From an uncultured archaeon (lineage in GTDB: Archaea; Asgardarchaeota; Hermodarchaeia; Hermodarchaeales; Hermodarchaeaceae): a stretch of 64,000 nucleotides of DNA. A program made the translations under genes and the position numbers. Positions 9,193 to 18,350 of the stretch are shown piece after piece (the first letter of the stretch is position 1; each line of letters starts with the position of its first letter). The stretch is from the NCBI GenBank assembly GCA_964347045.1, contig CAYFXC010000003.1, positions 51,669 through 115,668 of the forward strand, in the 5' to 3' direction. The notes beneath the pieces were generated by a model that ran no database searches, had not been told where the DNA came from, and saw nothing but the letters and a program-made list of their open reading frames with translations.

Positions 9193-10521
9193 TTACTTCT
9201 TGAGTCCAAGATATCGAATTGTTGAAATTGCAAAGACTTTGGTGACTTTGAGTAAATCGTCAATGGGCACATATTCGTCAGCTATATGAGCAAAGGTCAT
9301 ATTTCCTGGACCATAGGCCACTGTTGATTCGATTCCTGCTTTTCGAAGTAGGCGACCGTCTGTGGCGAATGGTAATAAGAAGTGGACTGATGGCCCAGCT
9401 ATCTCGTTTGAAGCATTAAATACCGTAGTCACGAACTTGTTGTGTTCAAAGTTGCGAATTGAGTTACCTGTAAAGGACTCAATGATTTCTATTTTACAGA
9501 TTTCCGACATACCTAGCTGCTCAGCATGAGCCTGAATGAAGTCAATCATCTCATGAGGTTGTTGACCGGGTAAAATTCGAAAATCAATTTGTGTCTCACA
9601 GCGATCTGGTACAACGTTTGCGGCGACTCCTCCTGTTATTGTTCCAATGTTCATGGTGGTCGTTGTGAGTCCTTCTATTCCCGCTGAAATCGGATTGGGT
9701 TCATCTCCTTGGTGGATAAACGAGTTCATTAGTTGCGGGTCAATATTAAGGCTGGCAGCGAGTTGGTTTATAATAGCCTCGCGAGTAATAGGTGGAGGTA
9801 TCGTTGGAGGCTTATCATCTAGAAGAGCTTGAAGCAGTTTTAGCATCATCGAGATGGCATTCTTTCCTGCCCCTGGAATACTGCCATGTGCCTTCTCCCC
9901 CTTTGTGGTTACTTTCACCCAAATTGGTCCCTTCTCACCGATGTTCACTGCGAATCCAAGTTGTCCAATACCTGACGGTTCAGCAACTATTGCTGCATCT
10001 GCGTTAATTTTCTCCCAGATATTGTCAATGCACCACATTGTTCCCAGCTTGCCTTGCCGTTCCTCATCTCCCACAGCATTGAGGATGAGTGTACCCATCA
10101 AGGGGACTTCAAGATCATACAAGGCGCTGATTGCTATTGCCTGGCAAGCGATCCCTCCTTTCATATCTACTGCACCCCGCCCATAGATTCGATCATCACG
10201 AATTCTTGCCGCAAAGGGATCCACCGTCCAATCCTCTCCAGGTGGTACAACGTCCACATGACCATTGAACAGAATCCGTTTCCCCTTATTCACTTCCCAT
10301 GTCGCTACTAGATTCTCGATATTTGGGTGCGATTCAAAATACTCGGTTTGGATTCCGCGCGTTGCCAGTGTTTTACCCACACAATACGCAACTTCTGCTT
10401 CGCCTCTTGTTTTCCGGTCCCAACTGGGTATCTTAATCAGATCCTGGCATAATTTCACTAGTTCATCTCGAAGCTTATCTATGTGGTTAAGCACTTTTTC
10501 TTCCCATTCATTTACCGTCAT
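9193..10521 (-). CDS. M20-family metallopeptidase / deacylase (ArgE/DapE-like)
   Basis: It has the HVDVVP, GRGAVDMKGG and GDEE motifs. I prefer the internal ATG (MTVNEWEEKV) as the start. Confidence 0.8.
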   Translation of the reverse strand: MTVNEWEEKVLNHIDKLRDELVKLCQDLIKIPSWDRKTRGEAEVAYCVGKTLATRGIQTEYFESHPNIENLVATWEVNKGKRILFNGHVDVVPPGEDWTVDPFAARIRDDRIYGRGAVDMKGGIACQAIAISALYDLEVPLMGTLILNAVGDEERQGKLGTMWCIDNIWEKINADAAIVAEPSGIGQLGFAVNIGEKGPIWVKVTTKGEKAHGSIPGAGKNAISMMLKLLQALLDDKPPTIPPPITREAIINQLAASLNIDPQLMNSFIHQGDEPNPISAGIEGLTTTTMNIGTITGGVAANVVPDRCETQIDFRILPGQQPHEMIDFIQAHAEQLGMSEICKIEIIESFTGNSIRNFEHNKFVTTVFNASNEIAGPSVHFLLPFATDGRLLRKAGIESTVAYGPGNMTFAHIADEYVPIDDLLKVTKVFAISTIRYLGLKK

Positions 10522-10642
10522 AGCCTTTACAAAGCGACCATATCCAGATAGGTAATGAAAAACCTTGAGGGTGTTCGACGCTTCAACCAAACATCTTATA
10601 CTGGTCAAGGTTCCTCATTCTCTTAACAGGAGATTTCTCTCT

Positions 10643-11626
10643 ATGGATCAGGGAGTAAATGTCGAAGAACGATTATGCGGCATCTCAGAGAAGGCCCAAT
10701 TTGCCATGCTCTTAGACATACTTACACCCAAACCTGGAAACGTTCATCGCTACAGGGATCATCCTGATACTCGGTTTATCCATTTTGCTGCCAGCATCAC
10801 CCGATTGGGACACCCTTTACTCCAAACAGCCCAGTGGGGGTACCAATTCAGTATTAAAAATCATGAATCATCAAGAATTGGGGAACTAATTAAACTCGCT
10901 GTTCAAGCTTCAATGGAACCCCATGGAAAAAACACGCTACTTGGAACCATTCTCCTTTTTGTTCCTCTCGCGGCTGCAGCGGGTCATGAAATTACCCGAC
11001 CCCGCCAATCGAAAATGACGCTTCACCAAAGTGTAGCCCGCATTCTAAATAATACAGGTGTCGAAGATGCCATAGAACTGGTTCGGGCATTACAGATAGC
11101 TAGTCCTGGAGGCGCTATTCCTAAATCAGCTGAATGGACCGATAAGCCCCAAGCCTTTGATTTTCAATCACCGCATACAATTGAATTAATTCGACGAGAA
11201 AAGTATACCCTTTGTGATTTACAGGCGTTAGCCGCTGATTACGATTCCATTGCGCTAGAATATACAACAAATTTCGCATATACCTTTGACAAGCTTTATC
11301 CAGAAGTGGCAAAGGCTCTAAACCGCCATTCACGTACCGAGGACGCTGTTCTTGCATCTTATTTATGGGCCTTGGGTGACCGACCAGACTCATTCATTCA
11401 GCGAAAGAATGGTTCTCAAATTGCGAAAGATGTAATGCAACGGGCTCAGAAAGTCTATACCCGCATTATGAAAATGCCAGAGACCGGATGGTTAAAACAG
11501 ATAACACCCTTCGATGACTACTTACGTTCAGAAGCTTCCCAGCTAAATCCAGGAACCACTGCAGATCTACTCTCAGCAGCACTTTTTCTTGCATTACTTC
11601 TTGGTAATATAAAGTCCATACTCTGA
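10643..11626 (+). CDS. Triphosphoribosyl-dephospho-CoA synthase (CitG/MdcB) family protein
   Basis: It has a KPGNVHR motif near the N-terminus and a C-terminal NPGTTADL motif. I prefer the ATG at 10643. Confidence 0.65.
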   Translation: MDQGVNVEERLCGISEKAQFAMLLDILTPKPGNVHRYRDHPDTRFIHFAASITRLGHPLLQTAQWGYQFSIKNHESSRIGELIKLAVQASMEPHGKNTLLGTILLFVPLAAAAGHEITRPRQSKMTLHQSVARILNNTGVEDAIELVRALQIASPGGAIPKSAEWTDKPQAFDFQSPHTIELIRREKYTLCDLQALAADYDSIALEYTTNFAYTFDKLYPEVAKALNRHSRTEDAVLASYLWALGDRPDSFIQRKNGSQIAKDVMQRAQKVYTRIMKMPETGWLKQITPFDDYLRSEASQLNPGTTADLLSAALFLALLLGNIKSIL

Positions 11627-11635
11627 TGAATTCGA

Positions 11636-13126
11636 TTACGGTTCCCACTTGAAAGGATGCTTGGCATACTCTTTATCACTGAGCAATTCATCGATGCTTG
11701 GTCGTCCTTCAATGGCTCGGCGTATAGCGTGACGCATCGCTTTGTAGTTGTTGATGAGAATCCGTTTTCGGTCAACGGCCGTGGGGTGAACAAACACCGT
11801 TGCCACAATTACCAGTGTTTCTACAGCTGATTTGGGTATGAATCCTTCTTCAACTGAATCCATTACAGCTTTAGCGCATCCTGTTTGAGCTGGGCCTCCA
11901 AAAAGACTTGCTTGGTGCATGCTTCGATTAGCAACAGTAGGAACAAGCAAGGTTTCGGGTTTCACCATTAAATTAGGTTCTAAAATCGCAAGAAGGGGTT
12001 CCATTCGTTCTTTTGGTGCCGCTTTAGCCTGAGCAAACGCGTATCCAACCGGGCCATCCTTGCGGCCAATCATTAGATCAATATGGGCCACCTCAGCTCC
12101 AGTCCCTGCTAGTCCTTCACCAACCTTAAGAGAGAAGTCTTTCACTTGGTCTGGAGTAAATCCAAATGCACCAAATCGCGCTTCTAAGGGCTGTTTCGGT
12201 TCGACTTCAATAGTTACCTCTTTGGGTTTGATTTTTCCCAGTTTTTCCAGTTCTATGCGAATTTCTTCACGGTTTTCATAAGAAAGAACACCACCGAATG
12301 TCAATGGGAGCCGTGGTTTTCCAACGGGAACTCCCATCATTTTCAATCCGGCTTTTGCACCTGCTGCGCCCGAAGCGACAATTAGGCGAGTAAGTTTCTG
12401 CAACTTCAGCTGTAAAGCTCTGGCATCGGCGAAGTTGTTACTTTGAACTTTTTTGAGCATATCGACCCAAATGTCGCCAATGAGTTGTGCGCTTGCAAGA
12501 ATAGCTCCAGAACATCCTGATGCGAGTGCAGGAAATACCACTTCATCATGTCCTACTAAAACGTTGATTTTCGAGCCTACTTTTTCTAAGATTGCTAGGA
12601 TGAGCTTAAGTTGTCCGCTTGAATCTTTAATGCCCACGATATTATCAAGGTCTGCCAAGTCCTCAACGATTTGCCATGGCATATCTAGTCCAGTACATTG
12701 GGGGATGTTGTAGAGGAGAATGGGTAATCCAACATCATTGACGAGGCGGTAATGCTCATATAAACCTCGAAGCGTTGGACGCAAATAATACGGGGTGACA
12801 ACAAGACAGGCGTCTGCCCCCGCTTTTTGCGCAGACTCAACGAGGTCAATGGTTGTTTTGGTGTTACTTGCGCCTGCCCCTGCGATTACTGGGACTTTAC
12901 CTGCCGCTTCATCAACAGCGAGTTCGATGAGCAGTTTATGTTCTGCAATTGTCAAGCTTGTGAATTCACCAGTTGTGCCTGCTGGGACTAGACCAGTGAC
13001 CCCAAGGTCATCGATACAATGGCGAATGAGCCGACGGAAGACCGTTTTATCTACTTGGGATCCGTCCTTTGTAAACGGCGTAACGAGTGCAGGATTTATG
13101 CCACCTGGTTTAAACCCCATTTCCAA
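11636..13126 (-). CDS. Fusion protein: DapA/DHDPS-family class I pyruvate aldolase (N-terminal) plus formaldehyde-activating enzyme Fae (C-terminal)
   Basis: The N-terminal part has PAGTTGEFTSLT, VVTPYY and the Schiff-base Lys context VGIKDSSG. The C-terminal ~165 aa read GAEVAHIDLMIGRKDGPVG...LLVPTV...FGGPAQ...VFVHP...KHPF, which is collinear with Fae. Confidence 0.8.
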   Translation of the reverse strand: MEMGFKPGGINPALVTPFTKDGSQVDKTVFRRLIRHCIDDLGVTGLVPAGTTGEFTSLTIAEHKLLIELAVDEAAGKVPVIAGAGASNTKTTIDLVESAQKAGADACLVVTPYYLRPTLRGLYEHYRLVNDVGLPILLYNIPQCTGLDMPWQIVEDLADLDNIVGIKDSSGQLKLILAILEKVGSKINVLVGHDEVVFPALASGCSGAILASAQLIGDIWVDMLKKVQSNNFADARALQLKLQKLTRLIVASGAAGAKAGLKMMGVPVGKPRLPLTFGGVLSYENREEIRIELEKLGKIKPKEVTIEVEPKQPLEARFGAFGFTPDQVKDFSLKVGEGLAGTGAEVAHIDLMIGRKDGPVGYAFAQAKAAPKERMEPLLAILEPNLMVKPETLLVPTVANRSMHQASLFGGPAQTGCAKAVMDSVEEGFIPKSAVETLVIVATVFVHPTAVDRKRILINNYKAMRHAIRRAIEGRPSIDELLSDKEYAKHPFKWEP

Positions 13127-13143
13127 ACTCTCCTCTAGATTTG

Positions 13144-14091
13144 TTAGGGCTGAGGGATGGCTAGGTCTTTGGCTCCAATTTTGGACAGTTTCGCTTCTGG
13201 ATAATTATCTTGAATAATGTTCCGTACAATTTCAGCCCATTTGACCTTTTCACGGGCTAGAAAGCTAAGTCCCTCAATAGAAGACCAGGGTGTATATAAT
13301 GCCATACTTGGTCCCGGCTCAAACTTATAGTAAACTGGTTGGACGCACCGCGTGATTTCTGGAGCTTCATAGAAACGATTGAAGCCACCGAAACTTGGCA
13401 TCAACATTATGTGGATGTCGATGGGGAAATCTGTTGCTTGGCGAATAGCAGCTAGCTGTGGTATCGTCATGTCAGCAACAGGATTGAAACTTCCTGCACC
13501 TAGTTCTTGAAGTAATTTGCCTCCCGCCGGTGATGCATGACCTGCAAATATACTGACCTTGAATGTGATATCCTTAGGGATTTCCCCAATTTCCTTGAGT
13601 TTGTTTAGAGCCCATAGAAGTCCTTCATCAATGACTAAAAACCCTCGAAAACCTAACTCAATACCGCGTTTGATATCTGTGATTACTTCCACTAGTTTAT
13701 CGGCACCTCGAAATCGCATTCCTGAGAGTATACCATCTGGGGTTGCGACTTGACGACCTATGTCCCAGCTTGTTCGGGGACCGGGAGTTAAGATAACTTC
13801 CATTTTTGCGTCATGGGCTAGTTGAGCAAATTTCCTAAGTTCTTTGTCATCGAGCAGGGTCGCTCCCATAACTACACTAATAAGGCGGTGGACGGCGACA
13901 TCTCGCTTCTCCGACTCCTCTATCAGTGCTTCTAAGACCTCAGGGCGTTCTACACCAGAGATTTCAATACGATAGCCGGCTCCATCTGGAAACCGCTTCT
14001 CGCTTGTTGGTAAATCAAAAGCATCTTGTCCAGGTAACCCAATTTTCTCAAGGGCTTTCCGGACCTTTTCATAAGATTTCAGGCTCACCAT
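13144..14091 (-). CDS. Hypothetical enzyme-like protein (alternating alpha/beta pattern, possibly a barrel)
   Basis: This 315-aa ORF starts 18 nt downstream of the DapA-Fae stop on the same strand. I recognise no family. Confidence 0.45.
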   Translation of the reverse strand: MVSLKSYEKVRKALEKIGLPGQDAFDLPTSEKRFPDGAGYRIEISGVERPEVLEALIEESEKRDVAVHRLISVVMGATLLDDKELRKFAQLAHDAKMEVILTPGPRTSWDIGRQVATPDGILSGMRFRGADKLVEVITDIKRGIELGFRGFLVIDEGLLWALNKLKEIGEIPKDITFKVSIFAGHASPAGGKLLQELGAGSFNPVADMTIPQLAAIRQATDFPIDIHIMLMPSFGGFNRFYEAPEITRCVQPVYYKFEPGPSMALYTPWSSIEGLSFLAREKVKWAEIVRNIIQDNYPEAKLSKIGAKDLAIPQP

Positions 14092-14302
14092 GAAGGTTCC
14101 CTCGGATAGGTGGGTTTTGTTTGTTGCTGTTTAAAAAAGGTTGCACATGTTGCGTTATGGGAGGTTTTTTCAAGTGCTGGTGAGAAAGCATACCCGGCTC
14201 CATCTTCATGGCTATCTTAAACCCACCGAGGCCTCCGTACTGGAGTTGCGAGGAAAGTGGGTTCAGTCTAGATGGAGCCACACCTTCCCCCTTTAGCTGA
14301 CT

Positions 14303-15457
14303 TTGTCTGAGTTGAGACTCTTGGAGATTGATGATCTGATCACATCAGCATTGCTCATCGACAAAGACATCCTTCTTCGAAATATCCAAACAATGGCGGA
14401 AAAATCCCGCGGCAACGATATTCCCCTTCGTCCTCATGTTAAAACTCACCAATGCCTTGAAATCGCCAACCTCCAAACCGGGTATGGCGCAAAAGGGCTA
14501 ACTGTTTCTACCATTGGAGAAACATCAGTTTTCGTTATCCATGGATTCTCCGATGTAACTTTAGCCTATCCCATTATACCGGACAAATTCCCCTCACTAG
14601 TGAAATTAACTCAAAAAGCACATGTGAATGTATTAGTTGACAGTCCAACTATCATCACGATGCTGGATGCATGTTGCATCGGGGCTGATATACACCTGAA
14701 TGTATTAGTCAAAATCGATTACGGCCATCATCGATGTAGTGTTGAACCTTCAAAGACGGAAGCACTCACTATGGCTGGGCAAATAGCTTCTGCTTCTCAT
14801 CTAGCCTTTGGAGGAATTTTAACTCACGCTGGACACGCATACACAGCTAAGTCTAAGGATGAAATTAGGAATATTGCTGACACCGAACAAAATGTGATAA
14901 TCGAATTTTCTGAAAAACTTCAAAGCAATGGACTAACACTTGAAACAGTATCTATTGGGTCAACACCTACTGCCATGGCAGCACCAAAATTCAAAAAGGA
15001 GATAACTGAGATTCGTCCCGGAAACTATGTCTTTGACAATAGTCAAATCTCATTAGACTCTTGTCATCATACTGACTGTGCACTTTCTGTACTAACCAAT
15101 GTGGTAGGTGTTCAGGACTCACATATGGTTGTAGATGCAGGTGCTACAACGTTATCTAAAGACACTGGCACGACCCAAACGCTGTCAAGCTGGGGTTATG
15201 GGGTAGTTCTACATCCCAATGAAACAACCAGTTCTGCTGATGTAAAGATTGTTAATCTATCACACGAATATGGCAAGATCGCGTTCACAAAACCTTCTCC
15301 CCCTCGTCCCTTTTCGCCCGGAGATCACCTAAGAATAATTCCAAATCATTCCTGTCACCCTACTAACCTATATGATCAATACAATGTCGTTGATGACAAC
15401 CGAGTCATTGCCACCTGGCCCATCTACCGCACTCGTCTTAGCTCTAAACTAGTTTAA
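14303..15457 (+). CDS. PLP enzyme of the D-serine dehydratase-like / D-threonine aldolase family (alanine-racemase N-terminal fold)
   Basis: It has the RPHVKTHQC PLP-lysine motif and the family-typical length. Confidence 0.65.
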   Translation: MSELRLLEIDDLITSALLIDKDILLRNIQTMAEKSRGNDIPLRPHVKTHQCLEIANLQTGYGAKGLTVSTIGETSVFVIHGFSDVTLAYPIIPDKFPSLVKLTQKAHVNVLVDSPTIITMLDACCIGADIHLNVLVKIDYGHHRCSVEPSKTEALTMAGQIASASHLAFGGILTHAGHAYTAKSKDEIRNIADTEQNVIIEFSEKLQSNGLTLETVSIGSTPTAMAAPKFKKEITEIRPGNYVFDNSQISLDSCHHTDCALSVLTNVVGVQDSHMVVDAGATTLSKDTGTTQTLSSWGYGVVLHPNETTSSADVKIVNLSHEYGKIAFTKPSPPRPFSPGDHLRIIPNHSCHPTNLYDQYNVVDDNRVIATWPIYRTRLSSKLV

Positions 15458-15483
15458 AGCCAATCAACGGAAGCGTTAAAGAA

Positions 15484-16425
15484 ATGAATCAGACGTATAC
15501 CATTCCACCTGATTTCCAGAAACGTTTCCAAACGCTCCTTGGCCGTGAATTTCCAAAATTTATTGAGAATATTTCTCAGCCTCTTGTAAACTTTGTCCGC
15601 ATCAATACTCTCAAAATCGACCTTAAATCAGGAATTGATCAGCTAAAACGCCTTGGAATAGCTGTCTCTCCTCTTCCCTGGTATCCTGCTGGCTTTCGAG
15701 TTTCTGGCGCTCATGACCTACTCCCCTTCACAAAAGAATACTCCTTTGGGTGGTATTACATCCAAGAAGGAGGAAGTATGCTCCCTCCTGTCGTTTTAAA
15801 CCCCCAACCACAACATGTAGTCCTCGATTTATGCGCCGCACCCGGTTCCAAAACAACTCAAATGGCACAAATGATGAACAACGAAGGAGCTATTGTAGCA
15901 AATGATCGATCATTTCGCCGGCTCACAAGTTTTGGGCACAACATCCAAGTTTGCGGTGTCATTAACACCATTACGTTATGTCAAGATGGCCGCCGTCTCT
16001 CAACCCGACTTCCCCTTCACTTTGATCGGATTTTAGTTGATGCACCGTGTACTGCTTCAGGACTTCTTCGCAGCAAGCTTCCAACCTTTGAGTTTCCAGA
16101 TCTCCAACGTATCCTTGGTATTCAAACAGTGCAGAAAGGGCTTCTTACATCAGCCTTTCGTCTGCTTAAACCTGGAGGATTACTTGTCTATTCAACGTGC
16201 AGTCTACACCCTGAAGAAAACGAAGCGGTTATCGATCATCTTCTTCGCAGCGTACCTACTGCAGTAATCGAACCTCCAAGACTCGTTGGTCTTCAAAGTC
16301 ATCCTGGTATTATTCAATGGAATGATGCTCATTACCAAAATGTCATCAAAAAGTGTCTGCGAGTTTATCCTCATGATAATGATACGGATGGCTTCTTTAT
16401 CGCTCTTATTAGGAAGAAACCCTAA
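15484..16425 (+). CDS. NOL1/NOP2/Sun-family RNA cytosine-C5 methyltransferase
   Basis: It has the SAM motif DLCAAPGSKT and the catalytic motifs DAPCTASG and YSTCSL. Confidence 0.85.
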   Translation: MNQTYTIPPDFQKRFQTLLGREFPKFIENISQPLVNFVRINTLKIDLKSGIDQLKRLGIAVSPLPWYPAGFRVSGAHDLLPFTKEYSFGWYYIQEGGSMLPPVVLNPQPQHVVLDLCAAPGSKTTQMAQMMNNEGAIVANDRSFRRLTSFGHNIQVCGVINTITLCQDGRRLSTRLPLHFDRILVDAPCTASGLLRSKLPTFEFPDLQRILGIQTVQKGLLTSAFRLLKPGGLLVYSTCSLHPEENEAVIDHLLRSVPTAVIEPPRLVGLQSHPGIIQWNDAHYQNVIKKCLRVYPHDNDTDGFFIALIRKKP

Positions 16426-16886
16426 TGTCCCAAACCAAATCATTAACAGTTGACCTCGAAAGGGAAGCGCATGTATGGCACCTTCTCTTTACTCAGTTTG
16501 GAATTCCCAAACTTGTTGGTTACAGGCTTTTAAAATCTGGACGAAAACGCATTCGACTTATCAGTACCGCTGCCTTCAACCTTCTATCCGAACTACCATA
16601 TACTGGATCAACTGGACTTTATATTGGCGAATACTCACCGAACGCTTTTCGGTTGTCAATGGACGGAGCCCATCTTCTTGGCCCTCATGCTGTGAAGCAA
16701 AGAGTCGAGTTAAATGATGAGCAAGCAGAAGCTTGGCTTCAAGGGGAATCGATTAATTATGAAGACAAACAAAGAGGATATGTAATCGTTGTCCACAATA
16801 ACACCATCCTAGGCTGTGGAAGCCTCTCTCAGGGTACACTCCGTAGCTTTATACCCAAGATTCGACGACCTAAACACAAACGCTAA
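16425..16886 (+). CDS. Putative RNA-binding accessory protein (PUA-like or RsmF C-terminal-like)
   Basis: Its start overlaps the methyltransferase stop by 1 nt (TAATG). The assignment rests on context and a weak resemblance only. Confidence 0.4.
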   Translation: MSQTKSLTVDLEREAHVWHLLFTQFGIPKLVGYRLLKSGRKRIRLISTAAFNLLSELPYTGSTGLYIGEYSPNAFRLSMDGAHLLGPHAVKQRVELNDEQAEAWLQGESINYEDKQRGYVIVVHNNTILGCGSLSQGTLRSFIPKIRRPKHKR

Positions 16887-16893
16887 CATCCTG

Positions 16894-18279
16894 GTGGAGA
16901 ACAAAGTGTCTGTGACCATTACCATTTATGGAGGCGCAGGAGAAATCGGCGCCAATAAGATCCTAATCGAAGATCAAGGGCATGATGTGAAGTTCTTTCT
17001 TGATTTTGGAAAATCCTTTGAAACAATGCGCGAGTTCTATGATTTTCCTGTTTCCCCTCGTTCCCTTGAAGAATTAATACAAGTTGGTGCAACTCCCGAC
17101 ATTCCCAATTTATATTATCAGCCTTCCGAAAACGATTACCCCTCCACCGACATCGATGCGGTAATTTTATCCCATGCACATACGGATCACAGTGGATATC
17201 TTCCTCTACTTAATCGGAGCATTCCTATCTACATGGGCGAATGTACACGTATCATCTTTGAAGCCCGATTAGAAGGAGCACGAAAAGCTTTCGACACTGA
17301 TATCGAAGGACAAACAATATCGACTTTTCAAACTGGAGCGCGTATTAAGATTGGAGACGTGGAAGTTCAACCAGTACATGTGGACCACAGTATTCCTGCA
17401 GCCTATGGGTTTATCATCCATTGTTCCGAAGCTACCCTTGTATACACAGGTGACTTTAGACGTCATGGAACGCTTCCTCAACTAACTGAGAATTTTGTAC
17501 AAGCTATTCAGACTACAGGACCTCCAGATGTTGTTCTTAGTGAGGGTACAAATATGGCCAAGGCTGAACTAGCGACTGAACAGGAAGTCCTCCAAAAAGC
17601 GTCTACAATCATTGGTGGGTGTAAAGGTCTAACAATCGCAGATTTCTCTGAACCCGATTTTGATCGCTTTCGAACCATGCAATCCGCCGCTGAAGCAAAC
17701 GATCGTGAACTGGTGGTTGAGCCGCGAAGATTCTGGATACTTCACGCGATTAATCAATGCCGAGGCCTCAAAAAACCAAGCATTGCACGAAAAACGGCAA
17801 TCCGCTGGTTTGATGGTGAGAAAAAACGGGTATCTAAATACGAAAAATTGCTCCAAGAGGCTGATCCTCCCATTAAAGACTTTACTGATCGCGGTGTCAC
17901 AGCGAAGGCGCTTCATAAACATCCTACACGGTATGTATTCTGCAGCAGCTTTGGTAGCATTAGTACCATCCAGAAAATCAAACCACCTGAATCTGGTATA
18001 TATCTTCTCAGTGCTTCAGAGCCCTTTAATGAAGAAAGTGAAATTAGTTTTGATAAGCTTCTCAATTGGCTCGCTTTATCTGGACTTGCAATGTATTCTG
18101 CCCATTGCTCAGGACATATTCATCCACTGCAACTCTGTCAGACACTTGAAGAAATGCAACCCAAACAAGTGGTGCCCATTCATACCGAATCGCCTCAACT
18201 CTTTCAGAAGTTCATGAAATCCACCGGAATTCCTATTCAAATTCCTAAAAAGGCTATTCCCTTGAAATTCTCTTCCTGA
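16894..18279 (+). CDS. Metallo-beta-lactamase / beta-CASP ribonuclease (archaeal RNase J-like)
   Basis: It has the HAHTDHSG motif and the N-terminal IYGGAGEIGANK. I prefer GTG 16894 because the listed 16816 start overlaps the upstream gene. Confidence 0.7.
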   Translation: MENKVSVTITIYGGAGEIGANKILIEDQGHDVKFFLDFGKSFETMREFYDFPVSPRSLEELIQVGATPDIPNLYYQPSENDYPSTDIDAVILSHAHTDHSGYLPLLNRSIPIYMGECTRIIFEARLEGARKAFDTDIEGQTISTFQTGARIKIGDVEVQPVHVDHSIPAAYGFIIHCSEATLVYTGDFRRHGTLPQLTENFVQAIQTTGPPDVVLSEGTNMAKAELATEQEVLQKASTIIGGCKGLTIADFSEPDFDRFRTMQSAAEANDRELVVEPRRFWILHAINQCRGLKKPSIARKTAIRWFDGEKKRVSKYEKLLQEADPPIKDFTDRGVTAKALHKHPTRYVFCSSFGSISTIQKIKPPESGIYLLSASEPFNEESEISFDKLLNWLALSGLAMYSAHCSGHIHPLQLCQTLEEMQPKQVVPIHTESPQLFQKFMKSTGIPIQIPKKAIPLKFSS

Positions 18280-18350
18280 AACCAATTTTGAACAGATTTC
18301 TCTTATACCCGAAATAGATTTTAGCAGGTTCACAGGAACCGTGCTTTATT

